Source: a virus. From it: DNA of 41,208 nt. The translations under genes and the position numbers were made by a program. The stretch lies in the IMG/VR virus record IMGVR_UViG_3300005535_000011. One strand, given 5' to 3'. Every line of letters starts with the position of its first letter. Position 1 is the first letter of the stretch. This document shows, one piece after another, positions 16,930 to 24,427 of this stretch. The notes below the pieces were generated by a model. It did no database searches. It was given only the letters and a program-made list of their open reading frames with translations, and was not told where the DNA came from.

Positions 16930-17340
16930 TCAATTCTCAACATGTGCTTCCTTCTGTGGCTGCCCGCAGTGTCGCTTGTTATATTCCCGAAGTTCATCAA
17001 AGTCAGAAACCGCCTTAAGCTTGTCGTATCTAGTGCCGCCGAGCCTATGGAACAAGACATACCTAAAGTTGTCTAGGTCTTTGGCAGCGTTACTGGCACC
17101 CTCCAAGTTCATTACGTGTGTCATTTGTTTTTTCATGTAGTATGCCTCGCACATATATTCTACTAAAACGTCATTGTCCAGTTCTTCGACTTCTTGGATT
17201 GTCATAGTTTTATCATACCACTTACCACACTCTCCACCACATACGCCAAACCAGCACGGAGCCTTTGGGGTGGATGGTCTCAATGCGCAGAAAGTATCTG
17301 GTACCAAGTAGCGTACGTTTTGAGGTGAGTACGCGGCCAC
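16930..17340 (-). CDS. hypothetical protein (136 aa from GTG 17340; alternatively 92 aa from ATG 17205)
   Basis: The ORF track start is GTG and overlaps the upstream ORF by 119 nt. An internal ATG at 17205 would remove the overlap. The N-terminal part is Cys-rich (CWFGVCGGEC). Confidence 0.5.
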   Translation of the reverse strand: MAAYSPQNVRYLVPDTFCALRPSTPKAPCWFGVCGGECGKWYDKTMTIQEVEELDNDVLVEYMCEAYYMKKQMTHVMNLEGASNAAKDLDNFRYVLFHRLGGTRYDKLKAVSDFDELREYNKRHCGQPQKEAHVEN

Positions 17341-17527
17341 TTACTTTTTGGCTGTGGTAGCTTAGGTATATGGTGTCGCCTTTTTTGTGTTTACTTGGTC
17401 GATGAATCTTAATCAGCCTGTTCACCGCATTAACCTCCGTATGATCAATCCCAATATTGCAGCTGCATAGTCGATAGGTCGTTCCGTCTTTTACGATCCA
17501 GTGAATTTTGTAGAGGCGTTTAGGCAT
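17222..17527 (-). CDS. hypothetical protein (101 aa)
   Basis: TAATG-coupled to the upstream small ORF. The C-terminal ~40 aa (R/W/L-rich) overlap the next ORF and look like out-of-frame sequence, so the true end is uncertain. Confidence 0.45.
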   Translation of the reverse strand: MPKRLYKIHWIVKDGTTYRLCSCNIGIDHTEVNAVNRLIKIHRPSKHKKGDTIYLSYHSQKVSGRVLTSKRTLLGTRYFLRIETIHPKGSVLVWRMWWRVW

Positions 17528-17625
17528 TAGTGAGCCCTCAAAATGACTGCTGCTCCAAGCAATATGCTAGTCAGGCCATTGAGCATAGTGCAAAGCCATA
17601 ACAGTGTACGTTCTCGGTTGTCCAT
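17527..17625 (-). CDS. small hydrophobic protein (32 aa), not in ORF track
   Basis: MDNRERTLLWLCTMLNGLTSILLGAAVILRAH. AAGGAG lies 6 nt upstream of the ATG. It fills the gap exactly, and its stop overlaps the next start (TAATG). Confidence 0.5.
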   Translation of the reverse strand: MDNRERTLLWLCTMLNGLTSILLGAAVILRAH

Positions 17626-17626
17626 C

Positions 17627-17917
17627 TTATTCTCCTTCTTTCTTAGTATCTAGGCCAAGGGTTTGGCGGATGTCAGACCGTAAGTTATTGCGCCCTTCAT
17701 CCCAATTGTTTAGTTCACTGTAGGAATCATCGTCGCCTATTGCCGCCTCTACCTCTTTCTTGCTTAGGTAGTTGGCTTGGATGTACTCCTTAACTTCGTG
17801 ATACTCTGGGAGATTATAAATGGCCTCATGTGACTTAATCCTGCATTGCGCACCGTAAGCGAATAAAATTGCATCAAGATTTTTGCTTTCGCTACTATTG
17901 GATTGTTGGTCGCTCAC
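17627..17917 (-). CDS. hypothetical acidic protein (96 aa)
   Basis: 4-nt overlap with the upstream gene. Confidence 0.55.
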   Translation of the reverse strand: MSDQQSNSSESKNLDAILFAYGAQCRIKSHEAIYNLPEYHEVKEYIQANYLSKKEVEAAIGDDDSYSELNNWDEGRNNLRSDIRQTLGLDTKKEGE

Positions 17918-18213
17918 AACTTCTCTCCATAGACTGACTGCATTGTATTTTCAATGCAGTAGATACTATTAAATATCATCTTCGTTACTGCCTCAGGTGG
18001 AACACCATGCGTACCTTGCAGGTGAAAAAGTACCTCAGTGTTGTAGTTTGGCTGAAGCTTCCCGGGCGTCGGAATTTCGACAGGCAGGATAACTGGTTTC
18101 TCAAACCTGTGCTTGCACATCCAGCATTTTGTGCGGCCAGCCCACATTTTAATCACCTCTGGTTTGGCTCGAAGCGGAGCGTTGGCGATATTGGATTGTT
18201 GGTTAGTCATCAT
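17914..18213 (-). CDS. hypothetical protein (99 aa)
   Basis: Uninterrupted ORF in the leftward early operon. Confidence 0.55.
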   Translation of the reverse strand: MMTNQQSNIANAPLRAKPEVIKMWAGRTKCWMCKHRFEKPVILPVEIPTPGKLQPNYNTEVLFHLQGTHGVPPEAVTKMIFNSIYCIENTMQSVYGEKL

Positions 18214-18382
18214 TCTGTCCCAACTCCTTCAGCTCCTGAAGTCTTACAAGTACGAGCATCAGCTGGGCCTTGAGCTTTAGGTCTATGTCATTGGCGATCA
18301 CTCGCTCAATAACAATATTCAAAACATGCTCTGGGTTTTGCTTAGTCAGTCTAACCACCTCGTTTATGAATTCAATGGTCAT
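18203..18382 (-). CDS. hypothetical protein (59 aa), not in ORF track
   Basis: MTIEFINEVVRLTKQNPEHVLNIVIERVIANDIDLKLKAQLMLVLVRLQELKELGQNDD. It fills the 18214..18371 gap and overlaps both neighbours by 11 nt. Confidence 0.5.
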   Translation of the reverse strand: MTIEFINEVVRLTKQNPEHVLNIVIERVIANDIDLKLKAQLMLVLVRLQELKELGQNDD

Positions 18383-18656
18383 GGCCTGTCTCCTTATTAG
18401 TCTTAATATAGCCGCCCGCCTCTGGCTTAATGTAAATCTTGGCGTCGTGCTTACTATCGTCTATCCAAGTCATTTTCTTAGTCACCGTCTGGGTTTTTAG
18501 CCCTCCCACTTCGGCAACACTGTCTATAAGCATGCCCATATGATTTCCGAAGTGATAAAAAGACTTAAGATCAACCAGAAAATCGTCAATGCTCTCTTCT
18601 GGTATTTGGAAGATGTCGGTTATCTTTTCTATCTCATAACGTTTTGGGACGCTCAT
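18372..18656 (-). CDS. hypothetical protein (94 aa)
   Basis: ORF in the leftward operon. Confidence 0.55.
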   Translation of the reverse strand: MSVPKRYEIEKITDIFQIPEESIDDFLVDLKSFYHFGNHMGMLIDSVAEVGGLKTQTVTKKMTWIDDSKHDAKIYIKPEAGGYIKTNKETGHDH

Positions 18657-18672
18657 TGTCTTAACTCCTGCA

Positions 18673-19065
18673 TTAGTTTTGATCCTTGGTTAGCACTTCA
18701 ACTTTAAGTAGTTCAATAGCAAGTTTCGCGGCGGCATCTTCGGGAGTAGTAGCGTATGCGTAGTGCTTCTGCTTGAGCCAAGGGGTATAGCAAACCCAGC
18801 GGCCATACCAGTCTTTTAGATCTGTAGCAGTTGGATTGTCGGGATCTACATACTTTATGGACACACCAAAGGCTACCTGTATTTTCCGTAGCAAGTAGCC
18901 AAGATCGTAAGCAGGAAGTTCGGTATATGCACTATTGTTGCCTACTCCCGGACGTAGCCAGGGTGCATAGTCGCCCTCATTTGCGACTGCCCAGACAAGA
19001 TACGTCTTGTCCCACCCAGAGAGGTTATATAGCTCTTTGCAAAGTTCAAGGCTTGGTGCGTTCAT
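18673..19065 (-). CDS. hypothetical protein (130 aa)
   Basis: ORF in the leftward operon, with a 4-nt overlap with the upstream gene. Confidence 0.55.
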   Translation of the reverse strand: MNAPSLELCKELYNLSGWDKTYLVWAVANEGDYAPWLRPGVGNNSAYTELPAYDLGYLLRKIQVAFGVSIKYVDPDNPTATDLKDWYGRWVCYTPWLKQKHYAYATTPEDAAAKLAIELLKVEVLTKDQN

Positions 19066-19358
19066 TGTTTTACCTCGCTATTGGTAGGAGCGATGTCTTG
19101 AAGAAAAACTTTTAGAGTTCTGCCATCATCCTGCAAGTTGTAGGTGACATTAAATGGCTGGTCTTCCCCAATGGCAATTTCACTGGTTTTTCCGTCTGGT
19201 AGAAATTTAATTACCTCAAAACGGTTAACCACGTCTTTTCGGTTCTCCCTATCCTGCTTAATGAGCGCCATAATAGCGTCCAGAAGCGAGGGGGCACACA
19301 AACCATGCTCTGCTGTAACCTGAAACTCAATCTGCTTACGTAATCCTTCATCATCCAT
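19062..19358 (-). CDS. hypothetical protein (98 aa from ATG 19358; track start 19400)
   Basis: ATG 19358 (MDDEGL..) has GGAG about 10 nt upstream and overlaps the methyltransferase stop by 8 nt. ATG 19400 would overlap by 50 nt. Confidence 0.5.
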   Translation of the reverse strand: MDDEGLRKQIEFQVTAEHGLCAPSLLDAIMALIKQDRENRKDVVNRFEVIKFLPDGKTSEIAIGEDQPFNVTYNLQDDGRTLKVFLQDIAPTNSEVKQ

Positions 19359-19932
19359 TGGTTTTTTCTCCAAATACGGTTTGGGGCGTAAGTTCCACAT
19401 CCTGTGCTAACTCATTACCCCAATTATCCCAGCCACCTGATTCTTGGCGTGCAAATAGTTCAACACGCGGTACATCGCCCATGAGCCTTACTATTCTGTC
19501 ACGCACTTCCCCAGGTTTTTTTGAATGTTCCTCGATTGGCGACATGACAACTTGTGCCACAGAAGCATCGCAACGCTTAGGATTCCCCTTAACGCCAAGC
19601 AAGCATATTTCTGCGTTAGTTCGCGTCCACTGTCCCATGCCGAAGAAGGGTGTACCTGATTTTTTATTTGTCTTTACCCACGTGAAGGCTACGGTTTTAT
19701 ACTCAAACCCCCAGGCCTTTAGGGTGTACAAGGCTTCAGGCAGCATAGGATAGGTCGCCCACAGGAAAAGGGTTGCGTCATCTGCACTAATTGAACTAAC
19801 GGGCAAGTTGTATATGTCAACACTACGCATTGTTTTGTATTGTTGATTTTGTGCTCTACCGCCGTGCAAGCTTTTAAAAACAGTGTAGTTCCATGGCGGG
19901 TCAGCATAGATTATTTGATATTTTTTATTCAT
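19351..19932 (-). CDS. DNA N6-adenine methyltransferase, MT-A70 family (193 aa)
   Basis: Catalytic DPPW motif in IIYADPPWNY near the N-terminus. The size and downstream conserved blocks (LFLWAT, GxGxWTR) fit the phage MT-A70-like methylases. Confidence 0.8.
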   Translation of the reverse strand: MNKKYQIIYADPPWNYTVFKSLHGGRAQNQQYKTMRSVDIYNLPVSSISADDATLFLWATYPMLPEALYTLKAWGFEYKTVAFTWVKTNKKSGTPFFGMGQWTRTNAEICLLGVKGNPKRCDASVAQVVMSPIEEHSKKPGEVRDRIVRLMGDVPRVELFARQESGGWDNWGNELAQDVELTPQTVFGEKTNG

Positions 19933-20219
19933 TGTGTCTTTCCTTCCTGTTTGAGGTGGCGCAGACGCCGTTCGTTGTTATCGATAAACTTTTGCAACTT
20001 ACCTTTCCAGTTGGTACTGTCACTAAAGGTTTGGCCTCGGTAGTTATCTAAAGCGACGGCGTTGAGTTCATCCAGGCGCGCCGCGTTAGTTACGTCGTAA
20101 AAGAAAGTGGCCTCATCGTCAGAAATATCCATCTCCGAATCTTTACGGGTGAAGTAGTGCTGGCCTTTAACAAAGCCGAGTGAGGCCATCCAGGCTGCTA
20201 CTTTTTCTTGTTTGGTCAT
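19929..20219 (-). CDS. hypothetical protein (96 aa)
   Basis: 4-nt overlaps on both sides. Confidence 0.55.
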   Translation of the reverse strand: MTKQEKVAAWMASLGFVKGQHYFTRKDSEMDISDDEATFFYDVTNAARLDELNAVALDNYRGQTFSDSTNWKGKLQKFIDNNERRLRHLKQEGKTQ

Positions 20220-20497
20220 GACTCAACCTCTGGCAGATCAACCGTTGACCCTGCAAAGCCATGGGTACAATCGCCTAGAAACTCAATGCGACCCTCACGT
20301 ACAAACGAATGGCAGCGCTTATTTGTACCTGCTTCTATCCATTCAACGAGTACAGAGGGACTAAGCGTCGGGTGCTCGTAGTTGCCGTTGAACTCCCAAG
20401 TATTATCTACACCGTGGTATTCATTGCAGCCTGGACACATAAACATATGGCGGTAAAAGCTACCGTCAACATCGGTTGCATCTTTTATCTTACTCAT
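20216..20497 (-). CDS. Cys/His-rich phage protein (93 aa), DUF6527-like from memory
   Basis: The pattern CPGC..H...W.FNG....PT.SPS......CHSF...G.I.FL.DC.H recalls a conserved phage family. It needs an HMM check. Confidence 0.5.
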   Translation of the reverse strand: MSKIKDATDVDGSFYRHMFMCPGCNEYHGVDNTWEFNGNYEHPTLSPSVLVEWIEAGTNKRCHSFVREGRIEFLGDCTHGFAGSTVDLPEVES

Positions 20498-20957
20498 CGC
20501 GGGTACCTTTCTTGAGTTGCTGGAGCAATTCTGGATGATTTACATTAAAACTTGGATCAGCGAGCATCTCGTCAATCTTTTTAGCGCCGCCGTTGCAGTA
20601 AAATGCCTCAAGTTTACGGTACTCACCCGCGCATTCAGCATTATATTCACCTGGCAATGATTCAAACTTTTCAGCAAGATAGCGAATGGCGCGCCAAGGT
20701 TTATTGGCGATGTCATCTAGGTTGTCGATTAGCTCATCTTCAGCGGCTTGTACAGCAGCTTGGAGGTGGGCGGCGAAGAGTTGCATAAGCCCATCAATAT
20801 GATCACGATCTCCACCAGACAGTTCATTATATTTTAACCCAGTTATTTTAGAGCATATCTTGTCGCGCAGCTCCCCATCTACTGGGTGGGTGGGCTGAGT
20901 ACCGAAGTCACGTAAGTGATCTGGTGTTACGCCTTGGTTTTGTTCTGTATCATTCAT
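20490..20957 (-). CDS. hypothetical protein (155 aa)
   Basis: 8-nt overlaps on both sides. Confidence 0.55.
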   Translation of the reverse strand: MNDTEQNQGVTPDHLRDFGTQPTHPVDGELRDKICSKITGLKYNELSGGDRDHIDGLMQLFAAHLQAAVQAAEDELIDNLDDIANKPWRAIRYLAEKFESLPGEYNAECAGEYRKLEAFYCNGGAKKIDEMLADPSFNVNHPELLQQLKKGTRDE

Positions 20958-21393
20958 TGCTGGCCTCGACCTCTAGGACGTCATCAGTTATCTCGGGTTC
21001 TACGGATGTATTAGGGCTAGTGTCTCGCATCCAGCCACCATAGTAGCCATTGCTTGAGTTGCGGAATGAAAAGACAGAGCTTACCTCACCAAATTTAGGG
21101 TCTTCAGTTGTAATACGGTAGCCGTAACATTCGATCTCTTCATACTCATCGGGTTTGACCTTAGCTCGCGGGTCATCCTCTGACAATTCTACAGACTCGA
21201 ATGAAGTAATAGGATTACCAGCAAGGAGCTTCTTAACCCCTATGAAATCGTAGAAATAGCTGTGTGAACAACAATCGCCTTCGACAGTGAATACGAAGTT
21301 ACCACCGTCGGTGACGAACTTTAAGTATTCTTCGTTTAGAAATATATGCTTTACGGTCTTGCCGATTAACTGTTTAGTACTTGCGTCGTACAT
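20950..21393 (-). CDS. hypothetical protein (147 aa)
   Basis: AAAGGAG RBS upstream. Contains an EGDCCSHSYFYDF block. Confidence 0.55.
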   Translation of the reverse strand: MYDASTKQLIGKTVKHIFLNEEYLKFVTDGGNFVFTVEGDCCSHSYFYDFIGVKKLLAGNPITSFESVELSEDDPRAKVKPDEYEEIECYGYRITTEDPKFGEVSSVFSFRNSSNGYYGGWMRDTSPNTSVEPEITDDVLEVEASNE

Positions 21394-21406
21394 ATTTAGT
21401 TCTCCT

Positions 21407-21505
21407 TTAGTCTTTTCTCCATTGTATACGATCGTGCTCTTCCTGAATTTTCTTTGCAGCCGCTTCTTGGCTTAGCTTGCGGATTTTTTCTACGGTTTTA
21501 GTCAT
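21407..21505 (-). CDS. small basic protein (32 aa), not in ORF track
   Basis: MTKTVEKIRKLSQEAAAKKIQEEHDRIQWRKD. GGAGG lies 6 nt upstream of the ATG. Confidence 0.45.
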   Translation of the reverse strand: MTKTVEKIRKLSQEAAAKKIQEEHDRIQWRKD

Positions 21506-21523
21506 ATCATCCTCCAGTATTAG

Positions 21524-21688
21524 TTATTCATCCTCTATGATGTTTTCTTCATCCACACAGACATCGCAATATTCCCAGGGGCTTCCGAGGCATTTGTCAC
21601 AGAACAGCTCCCTACAATTACTGCAAGTATTCATATCGTTAAGCTCAACTATTCGTGTGCAAGTCGGGCATGGTGTTGGCATTTCCAT
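21524..21688 (-). CDS. small zinc-ribbon protein (54 aa), not in ORF track
   Basis: MEMPTPCPTCTRIVELNDMNTCSNCRELFCDKCLGSPWEYCDVCVDEENIIEDE has four CxxC pairs. It starts 2 nt after the upstream stop. Confidence 0.55.
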   Translation of the reverse strand: MEMPTPCPTCTRIVELNDMNTCSNCRELFCDKCLGSPWEYCDVCVDEENIIEDE

Positions 21689-21690
21689 AG

Positions 21691-21963
21691 TTATTTGCCC
21701 TCACTTGGTTTATTGGCCTTAAGCGCCTTCAGATTGTGTATGTTCTTTTCCTTCTGTAGTTCATAACCCTGGATAAGGGATTCGGCCTTTTCCCACTGAT
21801 AGTTCGCCTGATGCATACGTTCGATAACTGCATCTCCCATGCGACTTTCGGCGGCACGTATCTCCCCCAGCATAAACTCCACTAACTGCCGTTTCGTCTC
21901 TCCACGAAAGGTGTTTAGGGGGAAGGTGTTTTCTAGGCGGGTGCGTTGTTGCTCTTGGGTCAT
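21691..21963 (-). CDS. hypothetical protein (90 aa)
   Basis: 4-nt overlap with the upstream gene. Confidence 0.55.
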   Translation of the reverse strand: MTQEQQRTRLENTFPLNTFRGETKRQLVEFMLGEIRAAESRMGDAVIERMHQANYQWEKAESLIQGYELQKEKNIHNLKALKANKPSEGK

Positions 21964-22175
21964 ACCCGCACCTTTCCATCGAAGCCAATCTTTGCGCCTA
22001 TTGCGTTTATTCGCTGTTTCGATGCCAAAGCGTTCTCTGGATAATTTAAAGGGCTTGAAATACTTTTGTCATGCAAAGCCCGCAGCGCAGCCACAATAAG
22101 CTCTACATCATCTTTTGTTAAAGTCACTCGTTTATCGGTCACCTCACGCTCCTTACTGGCCCAACGGCCTTTCAA
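21960..22175 (-). CDS. hypothetical protein (71 aa)
   Basis: ORF in the leftward operon. Confidence 0.5.
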   Translation of the reverse strand: MKGRWASKEREVTDKRVTLTKDDVELIVAALRALHDKSISSPLNYPENALASKQRINAIGAKIGFDGKVRV

Positions 22176-22356
22176 TTACAAATAACTCTCTAATGCTTTC
22201 AAACTGTTCTGGCGGTAGTTGCTGGCGCAGTTCATCGCGCAGAATACCAACAATGTGCCCGACCACCATAGCCCGTAACTCTTCGCCTTCAGGATCAGAT
22301 TCGTTTCGGGGAACGAGCCAGGTGGTGGTGGATTCTATTTGGGGGTAGATCGACAT
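22153..22356 (-). CDS. hypothetical protein (67 aa)
   Basis: ATG start. 23-nt overlap with the downstream gene. Confidence 0.5.
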   Translation of the reverse strand: MSIYPQIESTTTWLVPRNESDPEGEELRAMVVGHIVGILRDELRQQLPPEQFESIRELFVIERPLGQ

Positions 22357-22365
22357 AATTCAGCA

Positions 22366-23505
22366 CTACTTCTTTTCAATACCAAGAAGCACCATCAACT
22401 CGTCAATCCAGCCCAAAACCTCTTTAGCTATGGGATTTGTTTCAGGTGTGTCTCCCTTACTAATACCCATAAAGTAAGCTTCAGCAGGTCGCTGAGAATC
22501 CGGTTCGATACCCTCTAGTTCTTTGTAGTCACATTTCCGTACGTTTGCAATCGTTCCGCATAGGCAGGCGCATTCGCCTTCGTATACCGAACCATCGACT
22601 TTACCGTCGATAACTGCCTGACGTAGTGCCGGAATCTCAGGTATAGCATGCAGCAGAATTTCCCATACGTCTGCTTTAATCGATAGGGCATTGCCGAACA
22701 CCCGAGCATTGCCGGACACCTCAGCATTGCCGAACACCCGAGCATTGCCGGACACCTCAGCATTGCCGAACACCCAAGCATTGCCGAACACCCGAGCATT
22801 GCCGGACACCTCAGCATTGCCGGACACCTCAGCATTGCCGGACACCTCAGCATCGCCGAACACCCGAGCATTGCCGGACACCTCAGCATCGCCGGACACC
22901 TCAGCATCGCCGGACACCCGAGCATCGCCGAACACCCAAGCATTGCCGAACACCTCAGCATCGCCGGACACCTCAGCATCGCCGGACACCCGAGCATTGC
23001 CGGACACCTCAGCATCGCCGAACACCCGAGCATTGCCGGACACCCAAGCATTGCCGAACACCCGAGCATTGCCGAACACCCAAGCATCGCCGAACACCCA
23101 AGCATTGCCGGACACCCGAGCATTGCCGGACACCCAAGCATTGCCGAACACCCGAGCATTGCCGGACACCTCAGCATCGCCGAACACCCGAGCATTGCCG
23201 GACACCTCAGCATCGCCGAACACCCGAGCATTGCCGGACACCTCAGCATCGCCGGACACCCGAGCATCGCCGGACACCTCAGCATCGCCGGACACCCAAG
23301 CATCGCCGGACACCTCAGCATCGCCGGACACCCAAGCATTGCCGAACACCCGAGCATTGCCGTTGCTTAATCTTTCACTCTCTACCCAACCGCCCTTATC
23401 GCCCTTTTTGACAGAACCGAAATCTGCGGTTGCCTCAATGCGAAAGAGCTTTTTACCTAGGAAGTTGATTTTTGTTTCGTCGGTGAGTTTAAATTTAAGA
23501 TTCAT
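22366..23505 (-). CDS. YdcK-like hexapeptide-repeat (left-handed beta-helix type) protein with Cys-rich C-terminal domain (379 aa)
   Basis: A 48-aa N-terminus (..ADFGSVKKGDKGGWVES..) is followed by 37 uninterrupted units G-[ND]-A-[REW]-V-[SF], then a 109-aa non-repeat tail containing CACLCG..(8)..C. The architecture recalls E. coli YdcK-type proteins (from memory). Confidence 0.7.
   Translation of the reverse strand: MNLKFKLTDETKINFLGKKLFRIEATADFGSVKKGDKGGWVESERLSNGNARVFGNAWVSGDAEVSGDAWVSGDAEVSGDARVSGDAEVSGNARVFGDAEVSGNARVFGDAEVSGNARVFGNAWVSGNARVSGNAWVFGDAWVFGNARVFGNAWVSGNARVFGDAEVSGNARVSGDAEVSGDAEVFGNAWVFGDARVSGDAEVSGDAEVSGNARVFGDAEVSGNAEVSGNAEVSGNARVFGNAWVFGNAEVSGNARVFGNAEVSGNARVFGNALSIKADVWEILLHAIPEIPALRQAVIDGKVDGSVYEGECACLCGTIANVRKCDYKELEGIEPDSQRPAEAYFMGISKGDTPETNPIAKEVLGWIDELMVLLGIEKK
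22696..23361 (-). repeat. Tandem 18-bp repeat array, 37 units (666 bp), inside CDS 22366..23505
   Basis: Plus-strand unit G[A/G]ACAC[CCG/CTC/CCA]AGCAT[T/C]GCC. As far as I can read, the other 14 positions are invariant in all 37 units. All three frames on both strands are open across it. Confidence 0.95.
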
Positions 23506-23566
23506 GATTTACCTTTCAAGTATTAGAATTATTGCTCGCGCCGTTATGAATATTAATTGGGAATTA

Positions 23567-23758
23567 TCATTGAATCCCCCCAACCACGAAGTACCAGATA
23601 CCAAAAAGCCAGTACATACCGAGTGCAGCGGCTACGAAGCTTACAAACAGGTATAGTCCGAATAAAATCACCAAAACCTTAACAGCTTTTGATACGGTAT
23701 GCTTCAGTATGCTATTGAAGTCGCCCAGTGTTTCTGCTAAGGTTTTGAAGTCGTACAT
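23567..23758 (-). CDS. small membrane protein (63 aa)
   Basis: Two hydrophobic helices (VKVLVILFGLYLFVSFVAAAL and MYWLFGIWYFVVGG). Confidence 0.55.
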   Translation of the reverse strand: MYDFKTLAETLGDFNSILKHTVSKAVKVLVILFGLYLFVSFVAAALGMYWLFGIWYFVVGGIQ

Positions 23759-23776
23759 TTTATTCTCTTTCTGTGG

Positions 23777-23959
23777 TCAGTCTTTTATTGATGGGATGGC
23801 GTAAATGAGGGACGGAACCGGATAACGTTTTACCGAAAACTGTCTATTCCACAGCACCTCTAGTTTTTGCCGCCGATAGTTTTTTGGAATACTTCTTGGT
23901 CTAAGAAGACTTTTTATTGCGTGGCTTTTCATGGCATCCTCCAGGGCTATATCGGTCAT
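23777..23959 (-). CDS. hypothetical basic protein (60 aa)
   Basis: ATGA-type coupling with the upstream small ORF. Confidence 0.45.
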   Translation of the reverse strand: MTDIALEDAMKSHAIKSLLRPRSIPKNYRRQKLEVLWNRQFSVKRYPVPSLIYAIPSIKD

Positions 23960-24072
23960 GATTTTTTATGTACAATTACTACTTTTGGCAAACCTCTTGG
24001 GTGTACAGCAATGTGTACGCGCTTTGGTCTTGGTTCGCTTTGCAACGGTTCGTACCATAAATCGAACTTCAT
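23956..24072 (-). CDS. small basic protein (38 aa), not in ORF track
   Basis: MKFDLWYEPLQSEPRPKRVHIAVHPRGLPKVVIVHKKS. ATGA overlaps at both ends (with the HNH stop and the next start) fill the gap exactly. Confidence 0.4.
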   Translation of the reverse strand: MKFDLWYEPLQSEPRPKRVHIAVHPRGLPKVVIVHKKS

Positions 24073-24419
24073 GATATCTCCTCTAGAACTCTTGAGCCTT
24101 TATCCATATTGCATTTCCAACAGCACGGCTTTATGTTGCTGGCATCAAATCGCAGATCGGGGCGGTGTGACCGTGGCAGGACATGGTCAAGCGTTGTTTC
24201 CCTGGGCGTTAATTTGTCACCGCATAGGTAGCATGTGTAGAATCCGTCATTGTCAGGCGGATTCTCCTTGAACCACTGCGCTCTCCATTTAAGCCACTTC
24301 TGGCCGACCTTACCGATTTTCTTAATGTGACGGTGCCTTGCGAGGGCTGGGCGCGGATTCGTCCAACATGCCATTGTGCTATGTCCACTCATTCCGCAGT
24401 GCTTACATGGCTTCGCCAT
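24069..24419 (-). CDS. HNH endonuclease with N-terminal CCHC zinc knuckle (116 aa)
   Basis: CKHCGMSGHSTMAC knuckle. HNH core CYLCG..TLDHVLPRS...N..PCCWKCNMDKG. Confidence 0.85.
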   Translation of the reverse strand: MAKPCKHCGMSGHSTMACWTNPRPALARHRHIKKIGKVGQKWLKWRAQWFKENPPDNDGFYTCYLCGDKLTPRETTLDHVLPRSHRPDLRFDASNIKPCCWKCNMDKGSRVLEEIS

Positions 24420-24427
24420 TTCACCTC

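Noticed and set aside
22696-23361. Diversity-generating retroelement (DGR) acting on the variable repeat positions
   Set aside because: There is no reverse transcriptase gene and no template repeat elsewhere in the genome. The variable positions are not restricted to adenine-templated sites.
22515-23656. ORFs 22515..23357 (-) and 22691..23656 (+) with MLGC/PAML and ALPDTS/NTR repeats
   Set aside because: These are alternative frames of the 18-bp tandem array and are open only because the repeat lacks stops. The G-N/D-A-x-V-x frame is the one with a proper non-repeat N-terminus, C-terminal domain and operon context.
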